Position numbers and translations under genes: made by a program
The notes under the pieces: model-generated
Told to the model about the DNA's origin: nothing
The model's input: only the letters and a program-made list of their open reading frames with translations
Databases searched by the model: none
Part shown: positions 33,877 through 41,217 of the stretch, piece after piece
How the letters are laid out: every line of letters starts with the position of its first letter
Position numbering within the stretch: position 1 is the stretch's first letter
Sequence record: OR539216.1
Strand: one strand, 5' to 3'
Source of the DNA: Escherichia phage vB-Eco-KMB41
Length of the DNA stretch: 41,822 bases

Positions 33877-34439
33877 CAGTCACAGCCCCCCGGTGAGGTG
33901 TAGGATCCGCCGCTGTCTCCGCTGTCATAGCTCGGTGACGGGTCGTAGCTGGGCGAGTGGTGCGTGACTGGCTCGCACACGGACGGCTCACTGGAGGCGC
34001 TCGTGTGGCGGTGGCTGCTGTCGTCCCAGTCGTTCAGCGGATTGAGCGGGGAGATCGGGGAAGGCGGGTTTAACGGGTTGAGGAGGTGCATCGGGTCCGA
34101 GATCGGATCCTGCTGCGTTCCGCGCGCTGCCGGGCGTGGGTCCTGCGCCATAGCGCGGGCAAGCTGGGCCGCTCGTGGGTCGCGGTGCTGCGCTGCCTTC
34201 GCTGCCTGGCGCTGTTTGGCGATCACGCTCTGCGGTAGGTACGCCGGGCGCTGTTCCGCCAGCCTCTCCTGAGCGCGGCGTGACTGCTCCAGATGTCCCT
34301 CGCTCTGGGTGATCATATCGCGAATGGCGCGGCGGGTGTCTGCCTGGCACTCGTCACACTGATAAATGTCCGCCTCTGTCCAGCGACGCGGCTCCGTCTT
34401 GCCACATGTGCGGCACTCTTTGAAACGTTGTATTGACAT
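33876..34439 (-). CDS. zinc-ribbon protein with Pro/Ser-rich low-complexity C-terminus (187 aa)
   Basis: N-terminal CRTCG...CDEC (CxxC-N17-CxxC), then repeats NPLNPPSPISPLNPLN and SPSYDPSPSYDSGDSGGSY. Confidence 0.6.
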   Translation of the reverse strand: MSIQRFKECRTCGKTEPRRWTEADIYQCDECQADTRRAIRDMITQSEGHLEQSRRAQERLAEQRPAYLPQSVIAKQRQAAKAAQHRDPRAAQLARAMAQDPRPAARGTQQDPISDPMHLLNPLNPPSPISPLNPLNDWDDSSHRHTSASSEPSVCEPVTHHSPSYDPSPSYDSGDSGGSYTSPGGCD

Positions 34440-34504
34440 TGTTCGATCTCTCTCGTGGGTGGAAACGGCCCCAGCATATCGCCGGGGCGTACATCATGCA
34501 AGCG

Positions 34505-34687
34505 TTATCTAATGAAGGTATGGAAGAACCACAGCAGACCACAGACGCACAGGAACAGCGTCACGCCGCGCCATACCAGATCGAACCAGTCGATCGAGGT
34601 GTCCGGCTCTGCTGGTACGACTACCCAGCCCGCCGCGATCTCGCGCTTCTTCGCTTCGTGTTCTGCCAGCGTTACCGGGGGACGCAT
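34505..34687 (-). CDS. small membrane protein (about 60 aa)
   Basis: Start set at internal Met (MRPPVT...); C-terminal hydrophobic segment LFLCVCGLLWFF; the longer form overlaps the upstream gene with Arg-rich sequence. Confidence 0.45.
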   Translation of the reverse strand: MRPPVTLAEHEAKKREIAAGWVVVPAEPDTSIDWFDLVWRGVTLFLCVCGLLWFFHTFIR

Positions 34688-34728
34688 AACGAAAAAGGGG
34701 GCGTTACGATCCCCCCAGGCGCTGGCCC

Positions 34729-35673
34729 TCACTTTACGACGCGGTAGCGCTTCACGTCGGCCCATTCAACCACGGACGAGTCCAGGGTGACGCGATCGCC
34801 GCTGGTCAGTTCAAGCTCCAGCAACGTGTCGCGGTTGAGAGACTTCGGCGCGTAGCCCCATTCCCACACGGTCCAGCCTTCGTCCTGCTCGCCAGTCTGC
34901 GGACGGTCCAGCAGTACGTCCATGAGTTCGGACGCTGCCGCCACGCGGATCTCCCCGTTGTTGTTCATGCGGTGGATAAGCTGGCGGACCGCTTCGTGGC
35001 GCTTGACGTGCCAGCGGAGGCTCTGTTCCGTCTCCTGGCGCTTGCGCTCGGCGAAGTGGTTCAGGCGATCGCCGTCCGTTTCGCAGTTGGTCAGGCGCTC
35101 GGTCGCCTCTGCCGCCTGGACGGTGTGGCGGAGTGCTGCGGTCGGTAACTTGAACACGTTCCAGTTATACGGGATCCGCTTCTCGTCGCAAGCCTTCACG
35201 TAACGGCCCAGCAGGTCCACGCGGGCCTCGGCGTCCTCTGCTGCCTTGCGGTTGCGCTCGGAGTTCTCGCTGTTCGCCACCAGCGCCCGCGCCCGCTGCT
35301 CGGTGTACTGGATATGCTTCGGCTTGCCCGGCTTCGGGTTGAAGTAGTGCGGGACGTCCTGCGTCCCCAGGATCACGCGAAGGTCCACGTAGTAGCCGCC
35401 GATCCGTTCGTTGTCCTCGCGCATACGTTCCGCCAGCGCTTCCAGTTCGCGCTCGCGGGTCTTGTCGCGCCACTTCTCGGACTCGGAGAACACGCGGGCC
35501 AGCGCCTCGTCGGAGAGGAGCGGGAGGTGATGTTCCGCCAGGTCTGGCTCCGGTTTGAAGCCCTGCGCCATCGCGTCGCGAATGTCGGCGAGGTGGATCT
35601 GGCGAGTGGTAAGGCGTTGACGCTGTTCAATGGTCAGGCAAGCGTAGAGCAAGCCCTGATCGTGTGAGTTCAT
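34729..35673 (-). CDS. hypothetical protein (314 aa)
   Basis: Long ORF with balanced composition and predicted helical content; preceded by GAAA-tetraloop hairpin and CCAGAGGA SD. Confidence 0.7.
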   Translation of the reverse strand: MNSHDQGLLYACLTIEQRQRLTTRQIHLADIRDAMAQGFKPEPDLAEHHLPLLSDEALARVFSESEKWRDKTRERELEALAERMREDNERIGGYYVDLRVILGTQDVPHYFNPKPGKPKHIQYTEQRARALVANSENSERNRKAAEDAEARVDLLGRYVKACDEKRIPYNWNVFKLPTAALRHTVQAAEATERLTNCETDGDRLNHFAERKRQETEQSLRWHVKRHEAVRQLIHRMNNNGEIRVAAASELMDVLLDRPQTGEQDEGWTVWEWGYAPKSLNRDTLLELELTSGDRVTLDSSVVEWADVKRYRVVK

Positions 35674-35718
35674 GCTGTAGATCCTCTGGTTGGTTGGCCC
35701 CTTTCGGGGCCGGGTTGG

Positions 35719-36048
35719 TTAGAACTTGATAGCCGGGATGTAAACGGACTCTTTCGCGCCACCTTTCAGGCTGGACGCTGCCACACATCCCCCGGTGATC
35801 CAGTGCTCCAGGTTGATTTTGCCGCCCGCTGCGTTGATGCGCTCCAGCAGGTGCTCCGCCTGTTCGCGTGTCTCAAAGACCGCGTAATGATAAAGCTCGT
35901 CGTAATAGCTGTCGTATGTAGCGGCGAACAGCATCTTAACGCGGAAGGCCGGGAGGCGCTTCGGCATGTCGCGGCCCACGCGCTCGTCGAAGGCTTTCTC
36001 TGTTTTGCTGTAGAAAAGCGGGGATTCAATTTCGAAGTATGTAGCCAT
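35719..36048 (-). CDS. hypothetical protein (109 aa)
   Basis: Start set at MATYFE (GGAGAC SD); the ORF track's 224-aa form would run through the promoter module and the neighbouring membrane-protein gene. Confidence 0.65.
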   Translation of the reverse strand: MATYFEIESPLFYSKTEKAFDERVGRDMPKRLPAFRVKMLFAATYDSYYDELYHYAVFETREQAEHLLERINAAGGKINLEHWITGGCVAASSLKGGAKESVYIPAIKF

Positions 36049-36120
36049 TTTGTCGTCTCCAGTTGGGCGGGACCATTTCCCGCCTCTGGAAATAACTATA
36101 CAGTGATTTATCAAATGTGT

Positions 36121-36139
36121 TTTAGCAATTCGTGCTATT
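36121..36139 (-). promoter_or_regulatory. Palindromic box site 5 (TAGCA-ATTCG-TGCTA, perfect)
   Basis: Followed about 22 bp downstream (minus sense) by TATAGT, then GGCGGGA-loop-TCCCGCC hairpin, SD and ATG at 36048; overlaps the stop codon of 36135..36416. Confidence 0.55.
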
Positions 36140-36416
36140 CGTCCCAGCGCCCCGGCTTGAACAGGACGCCGCGCCGCCAGTCCTGCCACGTCCAGTAAGG
36201 CCAGCCAAACGCCATCAGCACGACGGCGCATATCAGCATAAGCGCGACGATGAAGGCCGCGAGGGGTAGGAGGGCTGGCGGGATGTGCGCCGCCTCCTTG
36301 CGCGTCAGGTTGGCGAGGTGCTTCGCCCCGCCTCCCTGGGTGAACTCGACCACGAACCAGGCTATGCCGACCAGCCACCACGCGAAGATCCAATTTAACA
36401 TTTCAATACATCCCAT
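36135..36416 (-). CDS. small integral membrane protein (93 aa)
   Basis: Two strongly hydrophobic segments (WIFAWWLVGIAWFVV and LPLAAFIVALMLICAVVLMAF). Confidence 0.6.
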   Translation of the reverse strand: MGCIEMLNWIFAWWLVGIAWFVVEFTQGGGAKHLANLTRKEAAHIPPALLPLAAFIVALMLICAVVLMAFGWPYWTWQDWRRGVLFKPGRWDE

Positions 36417-36756
36417 TAGTGAGTAAGTATAAGCGCCCGTTCCTCATGGAGCGGACCATCTGCGAGGATCCCCAGCCTCCCGGCACTCGGTACATCATGC
36501 CGTTAGCGCCCCGGCAGTAGAGGCGGTTACGGTCGCGGAAGCCGCGAAGCTGTCGCCCTGTCTGCGTCCCCTTCGGGTCCACGATGCGGCAGAATACCGG
36601 AGCGCCGCCGTATAGCTGCGTAAGGTCGTGAATGTGCTTACGCTGGGCTTGCTGGACCATCTCCTCCGCCTCTTTCCATGCGCATGACTCGCACAGGCCG
36701 GAGGCAGTACCCGCCGCGATCGGCAGGTGGCAACGTCGGCAGTAACTAAAGACCAT
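36403..36756 (-). CDS. zinc-ribbon protein (117 aa)
   Basis: N-terminal CRRCH...CESC (CxxC-N12-CxxC) motif. Confidence 0.6.
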   Translation of the reverse strand: MVFSYCRRCHLPIAAGTASGLCESCAWKEAEEMVQQAQRKHIHDLTQLYGGAPVFCRIVDPKGTQTGRQLRGFRDRNRLYCRGANGMMYRVPGGWGSSQMVRSMRNGRLYLLTNGMY

Positions 36757-37033
36757 CGGCTGGTCCCTCCTGCATGTTGTCGGCGACCTGCTGCATATAG
36801 ATCGCGTAAAGGTTCTGGCCTATCGCCAGGATATCCTCCGGGCGGAGCAATGCCCGCGCCGTGTGAGGGTTGGAGAGCGCCGCCACCAGGACGTCCCGCT
36901 GGCGATGGTTAAGCCGGACCTCGCTCCACGGTGCGGAGTTCGCCATCTGGATCACCTGCTCGATCTTGAGGTGGTCGAACCAGACAAGGATCTCCGGCTT
37001 CGGCTCCTGCTCCTGCTGCTCGTCGATCACCAT
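36746..37033 (-). CDS. hypothetical protein (95 aa)
   Basis: ORF in tightly packed co-directional array. Confidence 0.55.
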   Translation of the reverse strand: MVIDEQQEQEPKPEILVWFDHLKIEQVIQMANSAPWSEVRLNHRQRDVLVAALSNPHTARALLRPEDILAIGQNLYAIYMQQVADNMQEGPADGL

Positions 37034-37386
37034 TCGCCCGGCTCCTTCGCGTCGCGGTAGCCCATGATCAGCGCTTGCACGACGTCGAACACGTCAGCCC
37101 TGATCGACTGGTGGAGGAACAGCCCGAAGTGTCGGCGTTGCACTCCGTCCGAGAGGTTCCAGTGTTGGAGGTGGTAGTCATGTAAGACCATCGGCTCCAT
37201 CTTGGGCGGCTCGTCCCTGGTCAGGTCGATCAGCGTGTCGTCGTGCTTGAACTCAATCTCCCTGATCATCTGCGTGTCAGGTGTTACGGTGCGGCGCTTG
37301 CCGTCGAACGGCCCGCCGATCAGCAGGGCCAGCATGTACTCCGGTACGGCTGGCGGCTGGTGGTTGCGGTAATGTGTCGGGTGCAT
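37027..37386 (-). CDS. hypothetical protein (119 aa)
   Basis: ORF preceded by GC hairpin and GGGAGGA SD. Confidence 0.6.
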   Translation of the reverse strand: MHPTHYRNHQPPAVPEYMLALLIGGPFDGKRRTVTPDTQMIREIEFKHDDTLIDLTRDEPPKMEPMVLHDYHLQHWNLSDGVQRRHFGLFLHQSIRADVFDVVQALIMGYRDAKEPGEW

Positions 37387-37431
37387 GGTAGATCCTCCCA
37401 GGATGCCCGGCTCTCGACCGGGCGGTGGTTG

Positions 37432-37707
37432 TTAGATGTTCGCGGCGATGAATGCCAGGACTTCGCGGAGGTGCTTCTCGTCGCGGATAGTGGCTGGCAA
37501 TTCCTCTTTCACGCTGCTGTCGAGATAGATATTGCCATTCCATGTATAAGAGCCGTTCGGGTTGACCAGGTAGGAGAACATCCATTCACAATCGTTATCC
37601 GCTTCCCACACGCACAGCAGGATCTTATCGTCGTCCAGGTCCTCGATCGTCACATCCAGGCCGCGCTTCGCTGCGAATTTCTTGGTGGTTGCGTTGACTG
37701 CTTTCAT
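37432..37707 (-). CDS. hypothetical acidic protein (about 91 aa)
   Basis: Start set at MKAVNA (internal Met of ORF 37432..37764); lies downstream of palindromic box site 6. Confidence 0.6.
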   Translation of the reverse strand: MKAVNATTKKFAAKRGLDVTIEDLDDDKILLCVWEADNDCEWMFSYLVNPNGSYTWNGNIYLDSSVKEELPATIRDEKHLREVLAFIAANI

Positions 37708-37780
37708 GGTCTTGCCCTCTGGTTGTTGTGGGCGTCTCGTCGCCCGGTGAAAACATATTATCAATTATCACCGGGGACGT

Positions 37781-37799
37781 TTTAGCAATTCGTGCTATT
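37781..37799 (-). promoter_or_regulatory. Palindromic box site 6 (TAGCA-ATTCG-TGCTA, perfect)
   Basis: Followed about 22 bp downstream (minus sense) by TAATAT, then GGGCG-loop-CGCCC hairpin and the ATG at about 37707. Confidence 0.55.
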
Positions 37800-37977
37800 T
37801 ATCCTTTCTCATTCGTCGGAGTGATCGGACCAGATCGACGACGGCCCAGCCAGACGCCAGCAGGAACGGCGCGAGGACCGCCAGCTTTTCCCAGTTGGTC
37901 AGGATCGTGTCGGTCCCCTTCGTCATGCCGATCCAGGCTATCACCAGGACCTCGTAAGCGAACGCGAGCCAGATCAT
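37795..37977 (-). CDS. small membrane protein (60 aa)
   Basis: Two hydrophobic segments and basic C-terminus RSLRRMRKDK. Confidence 0.5.
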   Translation of the reverse strand: MIWLAFAYEVLVIAWIGMTKGTDTILTNWEKLAVLAPFLLASGWAVVDLVRSLRRMRKDK

Positions 37978-38207
37978 TTACCCAGCCTAACCTTGCGTAC
38001 GATCGTCGCTGCGGTGTCGTAGGCGTCGCGCTGCCGTGGCGAGACGCTACTTTCCCGTAGCTCCACCAGTCCACGCTCCAGGACTTCCAGCGCGGCCCAG
38101 CGCCCGGATAGGTCCATGATCACCTCCTCGGCGTCGCGGTTGATCTTGCCTGGCGGGTGTCCTTCCGCCATCAGCTTGATCTCCTCGGTGGTCATTGGCT
38201 TAAGCAT
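37974..38207 (-). CDS. hypothetical protein (77 aa)
   Basis: ORF with 4-nt overlap to downstream gene. Confidence 0.5.
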   Translation of the reverse strand: MLKPMTTEEIKLMAEGHPPGKINRDAEEVIMDLSGRWAALEVLERGLVELRESSVSPRQRDAYDTAATIVRKVRLGK

Positions 38208-38508
38208 CAGCGCCCCCTTTCGGCCCCAGTTCCTGGTCGATAAAGTCCTGGGCCATCTCGTCCGCGCTGTCGTGGCGTCCGTCCTGCTCGGCCTGGCGAA
38301 TGGCGTCGATCTGCTTCTGGCGCTGATCAGCCATGAAGCCCTCGACCGCCTGGTGTGCGAGCGCCGTCGCCTGGTTGTGGCTGTAGCCCTGTTTGCGGAA
38401 GCGGTTGAACGCGTTCTCCAGCAGTGAGGCGCGTTGGTTCGGGCCTACATACATACGCGAGATATCCGCGACGGCTGATTTCTTCTCTGCATTGTCTTTC
38501 ATCATCAT
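38200..38508 (-). CDS. hypothetical protein (102 aa)
   Basis: ORF with helical, charged composition. Confidence 0.55.
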   Translation of the reverse strand: MMMKDNAEKKSAVADISRMYVGPNQRASLLENAFNRFRKQGYSHNQATALAHQAVEGFMADQRQKQIDAIRQAEQDGRHDSADEMAQDFIDQELGPKGGADA

Positions 38509-38538
38509 CTCCTCGTTTCTTCGTCGTCGTGACGGGCC

Positions 38539-38727
38539 TCACATCAGGCCCAGCATGTTAAACAGGATCGCCGCGAGTGATATCACGATCGCGCCGATGG
38601 TTGTCGCTACCATCAGGAAGTAATTCCACAATCCGAAGCGCTCGATCCAGTCGTTCGATCGTACTGGTTGAGTGTTCCCGATCGGTGTCCGTCTGGGGAA
38701 TAAAATCACGTTGTTATTGTCGCTCAA
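38539..38727 (-). CDS. small membrane protein (62 aa)
   Basis: C-terminal TM segment (FLMVATTIGAIVISLAAILF); apparent TTG start preceded by AAAGGTGA SD. Confidence 0.45.
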   Translation of the reverse strand: MSDNNNVILFPRRTPIGNTQPVRSNDWIERFGLWNYFLMVATTIGAIVISLAAILFNMLGLM

Positions 38728-38749
38728 ACTATATCACCTTTCAATGATT

Positions 38750-38980
38750 AAATCATGGTTACGTGAGGTTTTCATTAAGCCCTCAAAAAGTGCCAGCAAA
38801 TGGCCCCGGTTACATCATTTAAAATCTGTCACCAAATGTTAGTTAAGTGATTGAATTAAATCCGGTTACATTGCAGGTTTCATTGTCTCAAAAAATGTAA
38901 CTTGCGCTTAACTCGGTTACGGTTACAGGTTACATCTCTCTCTATATAGAGAGAGTGTAACTGTCACCGATGTAACCGGG
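38750..38980. repeat. Iteron-like array: at least 8 GGTTAC/GTAACC hexamers (three in tandem at about 38915..38933), TGTCACC motifs and a perfect 20-bp palindrome CTCTCTCTATATAGAGAGAG (about 38936..38955)
   Basis: Read directly; 255-bp non-coding gap immediately downstream of the AAA_25 ATPase gene; hexamer density far above the roughly 1 per 2 kb expected by chance. Confidence 0.7.
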
Positions 38981-38982
38981 CC

Positions 38983-40638
38983 TTAAAAGTCGTTCAGATC
39001 GTCGTCCTGATCCTCCGCTTTTGAGGATGGTTTCCAGTCCGTCGGGAGTGGCTTCTGATCGCGGATTCCACCCAGGAGCGGAGCCGCTTCTTTCGTGGCG
39101 GTCAGCGTCTCGTCTCCGGCGACCTTGATGATCCCCATCGTGTTAGTGGCGTGAAGGAATGCGCGACGGAATGCCGTCTTGTCGATCTGCGGGTCCGCGC
39201 TGTTCCGCGCCCACTCACTGAGCGCCGCCTTTGTCAGCTTCGGAGTGCGGCCTCTGCGCTTGCTGTTGTACTCGTGGACGAAGTTCACCAGTCGGATCGC
39301 GTTCTCCTCCTGCTGGCTGCGCTTCGGCCCCTCGTCGGCCTTCTCCTCCTTGTCGCCAGTCGGTACAGCCTCCAGCGCGTTAATGACGACCAGCGTCCCC
39401 AGGTTGTCGCCAATCTCCCACGCTGCCGGGTTCTGCTGCGCTTCGGGGCGTACTGGCTTCATGCGGGCCATTGCCTCGCGCTTCATCTTGACCAGTTCAG
39501 GCGGGAGCGGGACGGATTGCGTCCGCATGGCGCGAGGAGGGAGGAGCGCACAGCCTTTCGCCTTCGTGTGCTCAATGACAAAAAGCTCCTTGTCCTTGCA
39601 CTTCTTCACCATGATCTCGAATCCGGCGTTTGCCCGGAGGGTTGACGCGCCACGAGCGCCGCGCTCGGTGTCCTTCCCGGTGTGGTGGATCACCATCACG
39701 GCACAGTTGAGCATTTCCGCCAGCTTCGCCGCGTTCGCCATCAGGATCGCCGCCACGTTGTTGTCGTTCTCGTTGAAGTCCTGCCCGCCTACCCATTCGA
39801 TCACCTTGCCGTCCGCGTCACGCTTCGCGGTCTGGCCCACCTTCTGGCCCGCGCTGTTGGCGCTGTAGGTATCAATGACCACGAGGGCCGGTGCGTTCTC
39901 CTCAATGCCGAAGAACGGGGAGGAGAGGACCTTCCCGGCGAAGCGCTGGAGGATCTCCGCGTTATGGAGGGGGACCTGTTCGCCGATGATAAACAGGTTA
40001 TTCAGATCCTTGTTGCCGTTGCGCTTGTACTTCCATCCCGCGTAACGTTCACGGACGCCGCTCGCATCCTCCGGCGCGAAGTACAGGACGGATCCCTGTC
40101 GGACCGGAAGCCCGGCGAAGTCGATCCCGGTGGCGACACAAATCGCCATCTGTAACGCGCAAAAAGTCTTTTTAGCGCCCGACTCGCCGACCAGGAAGCC
40201 CACGGAGCGCTCCGGGACCAGCGACTGGATCACATAGTTAACGGGGGTGATTTTGTTCCCGGCGCGTAACTTGTCCAGGAACTCGTCCGGCTGGTCTGCC
40301 AGCAGTTCGGCGATCGCCTTCTTGTCCTTCTCGCGCTGGTCCTCTGTCGTCTCGCTGCGTGGCTTCGCGACGGGCTTCTGGTTCTCGTCCAGTACGAGGT
40401 CCCACTGGTGATCGTCCTCATTGTCGCCGAACGCGTAAAGCTCCATCTCCGCCAGTGATAGGCCCTGCTCTGCTGCCTGGTCTGCCGCGATCGCCATCTG
40501 CTGGTCCATGTCCGCCTCTGTCGGCTCCGGCGCTGCGTTCAGCCATTCCGGGACGGGTTCCAGACGAGCCTCGCCTGGGAGGATCTGGTCCAGTAGTTCC
40601 TCGCGGGTCGGTTCCTGCTGTTCTTCGTCGTGCATCAT
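38983..40638 (-). CDS. RecA-fold ATPase of the AAA_25/RepA-like type (putative replication initiator or helicase), 551 aa
   Basis: Walker A GESGAKKT, Walker B LVVIDTYS, downstream VMVIHHTGKD motif typical of RepA-like ATPases; acidic N-terminal ~130 aa; flanked on both sides by GGTTAC repeat clusters. Confidence 0.75.
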   Translation of the reverse strand: MMHDEEQQEPTREELLDQILPGEARLEPVPEWLNAAPEPTEADMDQQMAIAADQAAEQGLSLAEMELYAFGDNEDDHQWDLVLDENQKPVAKPRSETTEDQREKDKKAIAELLADQPDEFLDKLRAGNKITPVNYVIQSLVPERSVGFLVGESGAKKTFCALQMAICVATGIDFAGLPVRQGSVLYFAPEDASGVRERYAGWKYKRNGNKDLNNLFIIGEQVPLHNAEILQRFAGKVLSSPFFGIEENAPALVVIDTYSANSAGQKVGQTAKRDADGKVIEWVGGQDFNENDNNVAAILMANAAKLAEMLNCAVMVIHHTGKDTERGARGASTLRANAGFEIMVKKCKDKELFVIEHTKAKGCALLPPRAMRTQSVPLPPELVKMKREAMARMKPVRPEAQQNPAAWEIGDNLGTLVVINALEAVPTGDKEEKADEGPKRSQQEENAIRLVNFVHEYNSKRRGRTPKLTKAALSEWARNSADPQIDKTAFRRAFLHATNTMGIIKVAGDETLTATKEAAPLLGGIRDQKPLPTDWKPSSKAEDQDDDLNDF

Positions 40639-40664
40639 TGTTTAATCACCTCATGGTTACATTA

Positions 40665-40701
40665 CGGGAGACAATGTAACCGCTATTTGTCACCGCGTCA
40701 A
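40665..40701 (-). promoter_or_regulatory. Sigma70-like promoter (TTGACG-17 bp-TACATT) overlapped by inverted repeat GGTTACATT-N9-AATGTAACC
   Basis: Read on minus strand: -35 TTGACG, 17-bp spacer, -10 TACATT, then AGGTGA SD and ATG of the ATPase; the 9-bp-arm palindrome covers the -10 and start region. Confidence 0.5.
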
Positions 40702-40779
40702 TTCAGCGCCAGTAAAGAAAACTCTTTACATCACGGTTACGTTACCTTAAGGTGATAGCCGAACACGACGGAGGTCATT

Positions 40780-41217
40780 ATGTCACTGTTTGACGATGAA
40801 GCGCCACGCGCCCCACTTCGGGCCAACGTAGCGCCACGTAAGACGCCACAGGAGAGACTCCTGGAGATACTGGAGAAGGTCCGCTCCACCGATCCGTCCA
40901 TCCATGACGCGATCGAACAGGGGAGAATGGATCCTTATCTGCCGACGGTCGAGACGCGGAACGCTTTTCTAACTCTGCGCCCGTCGGAGCAAATATTCGC
41001 GGCGTTCTGGGACTGCCCCGGCGTCGATCGTAAGAAGTTAATGGACCTATGCCGACACGCCGGAAAGATGGAGCGAGCCGGAAAATTACGGGACCTTAAG
41101 GTGGACCGCTCGAAGCTGGCGACCACTGAAAGCGGGATCCCCCCAGGCGTCGAGATTGGCCCGGAGTTGGCCCTCGCCGCACTACAATGCAAGCAAGCCA
41201 TGAGGAAAGAGAGATGA
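40780..41217 (+). CDS. hypothetical protein (145 aa)
   Basis: ORF with GGAGG SD 7 nt upstream, first gene of the rightward unit leaving the divergent control region; the overlapping minus-strand ORF 40935..41798 is rejected. Confidence 0.65.
   Translation: MSLFDDEAPRAPLRANVAPRKTPQERLLEILEKVRSTDPSIHDAIEQGRMDPYLPTVETRNAFLTLRPSEQIFAAFWDCPGVDRKKLMDLCRHAGKMERAGKLRDLKVDRSKLATTESGIPPGVEIGPELALAALQCKQAMRKER

Noticed and set aside
33599-33991. 130-aa minus-strand ORF overlapping 33577..33876 in another frame
   Set aside because: Translation is Arg/Ala/Gly/Pro-rich low-complexity sequence typical of an off-frame read; the overlapping Cys-containing ORF is preferred.
36123-36137. Reading the TTGCTA half of the palindromic box as a sigma70 -35 hexamer
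   Set aside because: Its spacing to the downstream -10-like hexamers is 22-23 bp in all copies, too long for a functional -35/-10 pair; an activator or operator site centred near -41.5 fits better.
35719-36393. Long 224-aa form of the ORF upstream of 36048
   Set aside because: The N-terminal extension is Arg/Gly/Ala-rich, runs through the conserved palindrome/-10/hairpin module and overlaps the membrane-protein gene 36135..36416; the MATYFE start with SD is preferred.
38900-38980. GGTTAC repeat cluster as a CRISPR array
   Set aside because: Repeats are only 6 bp, irregularly spaced and in both orientations, with no spacer structure and no cas genes.
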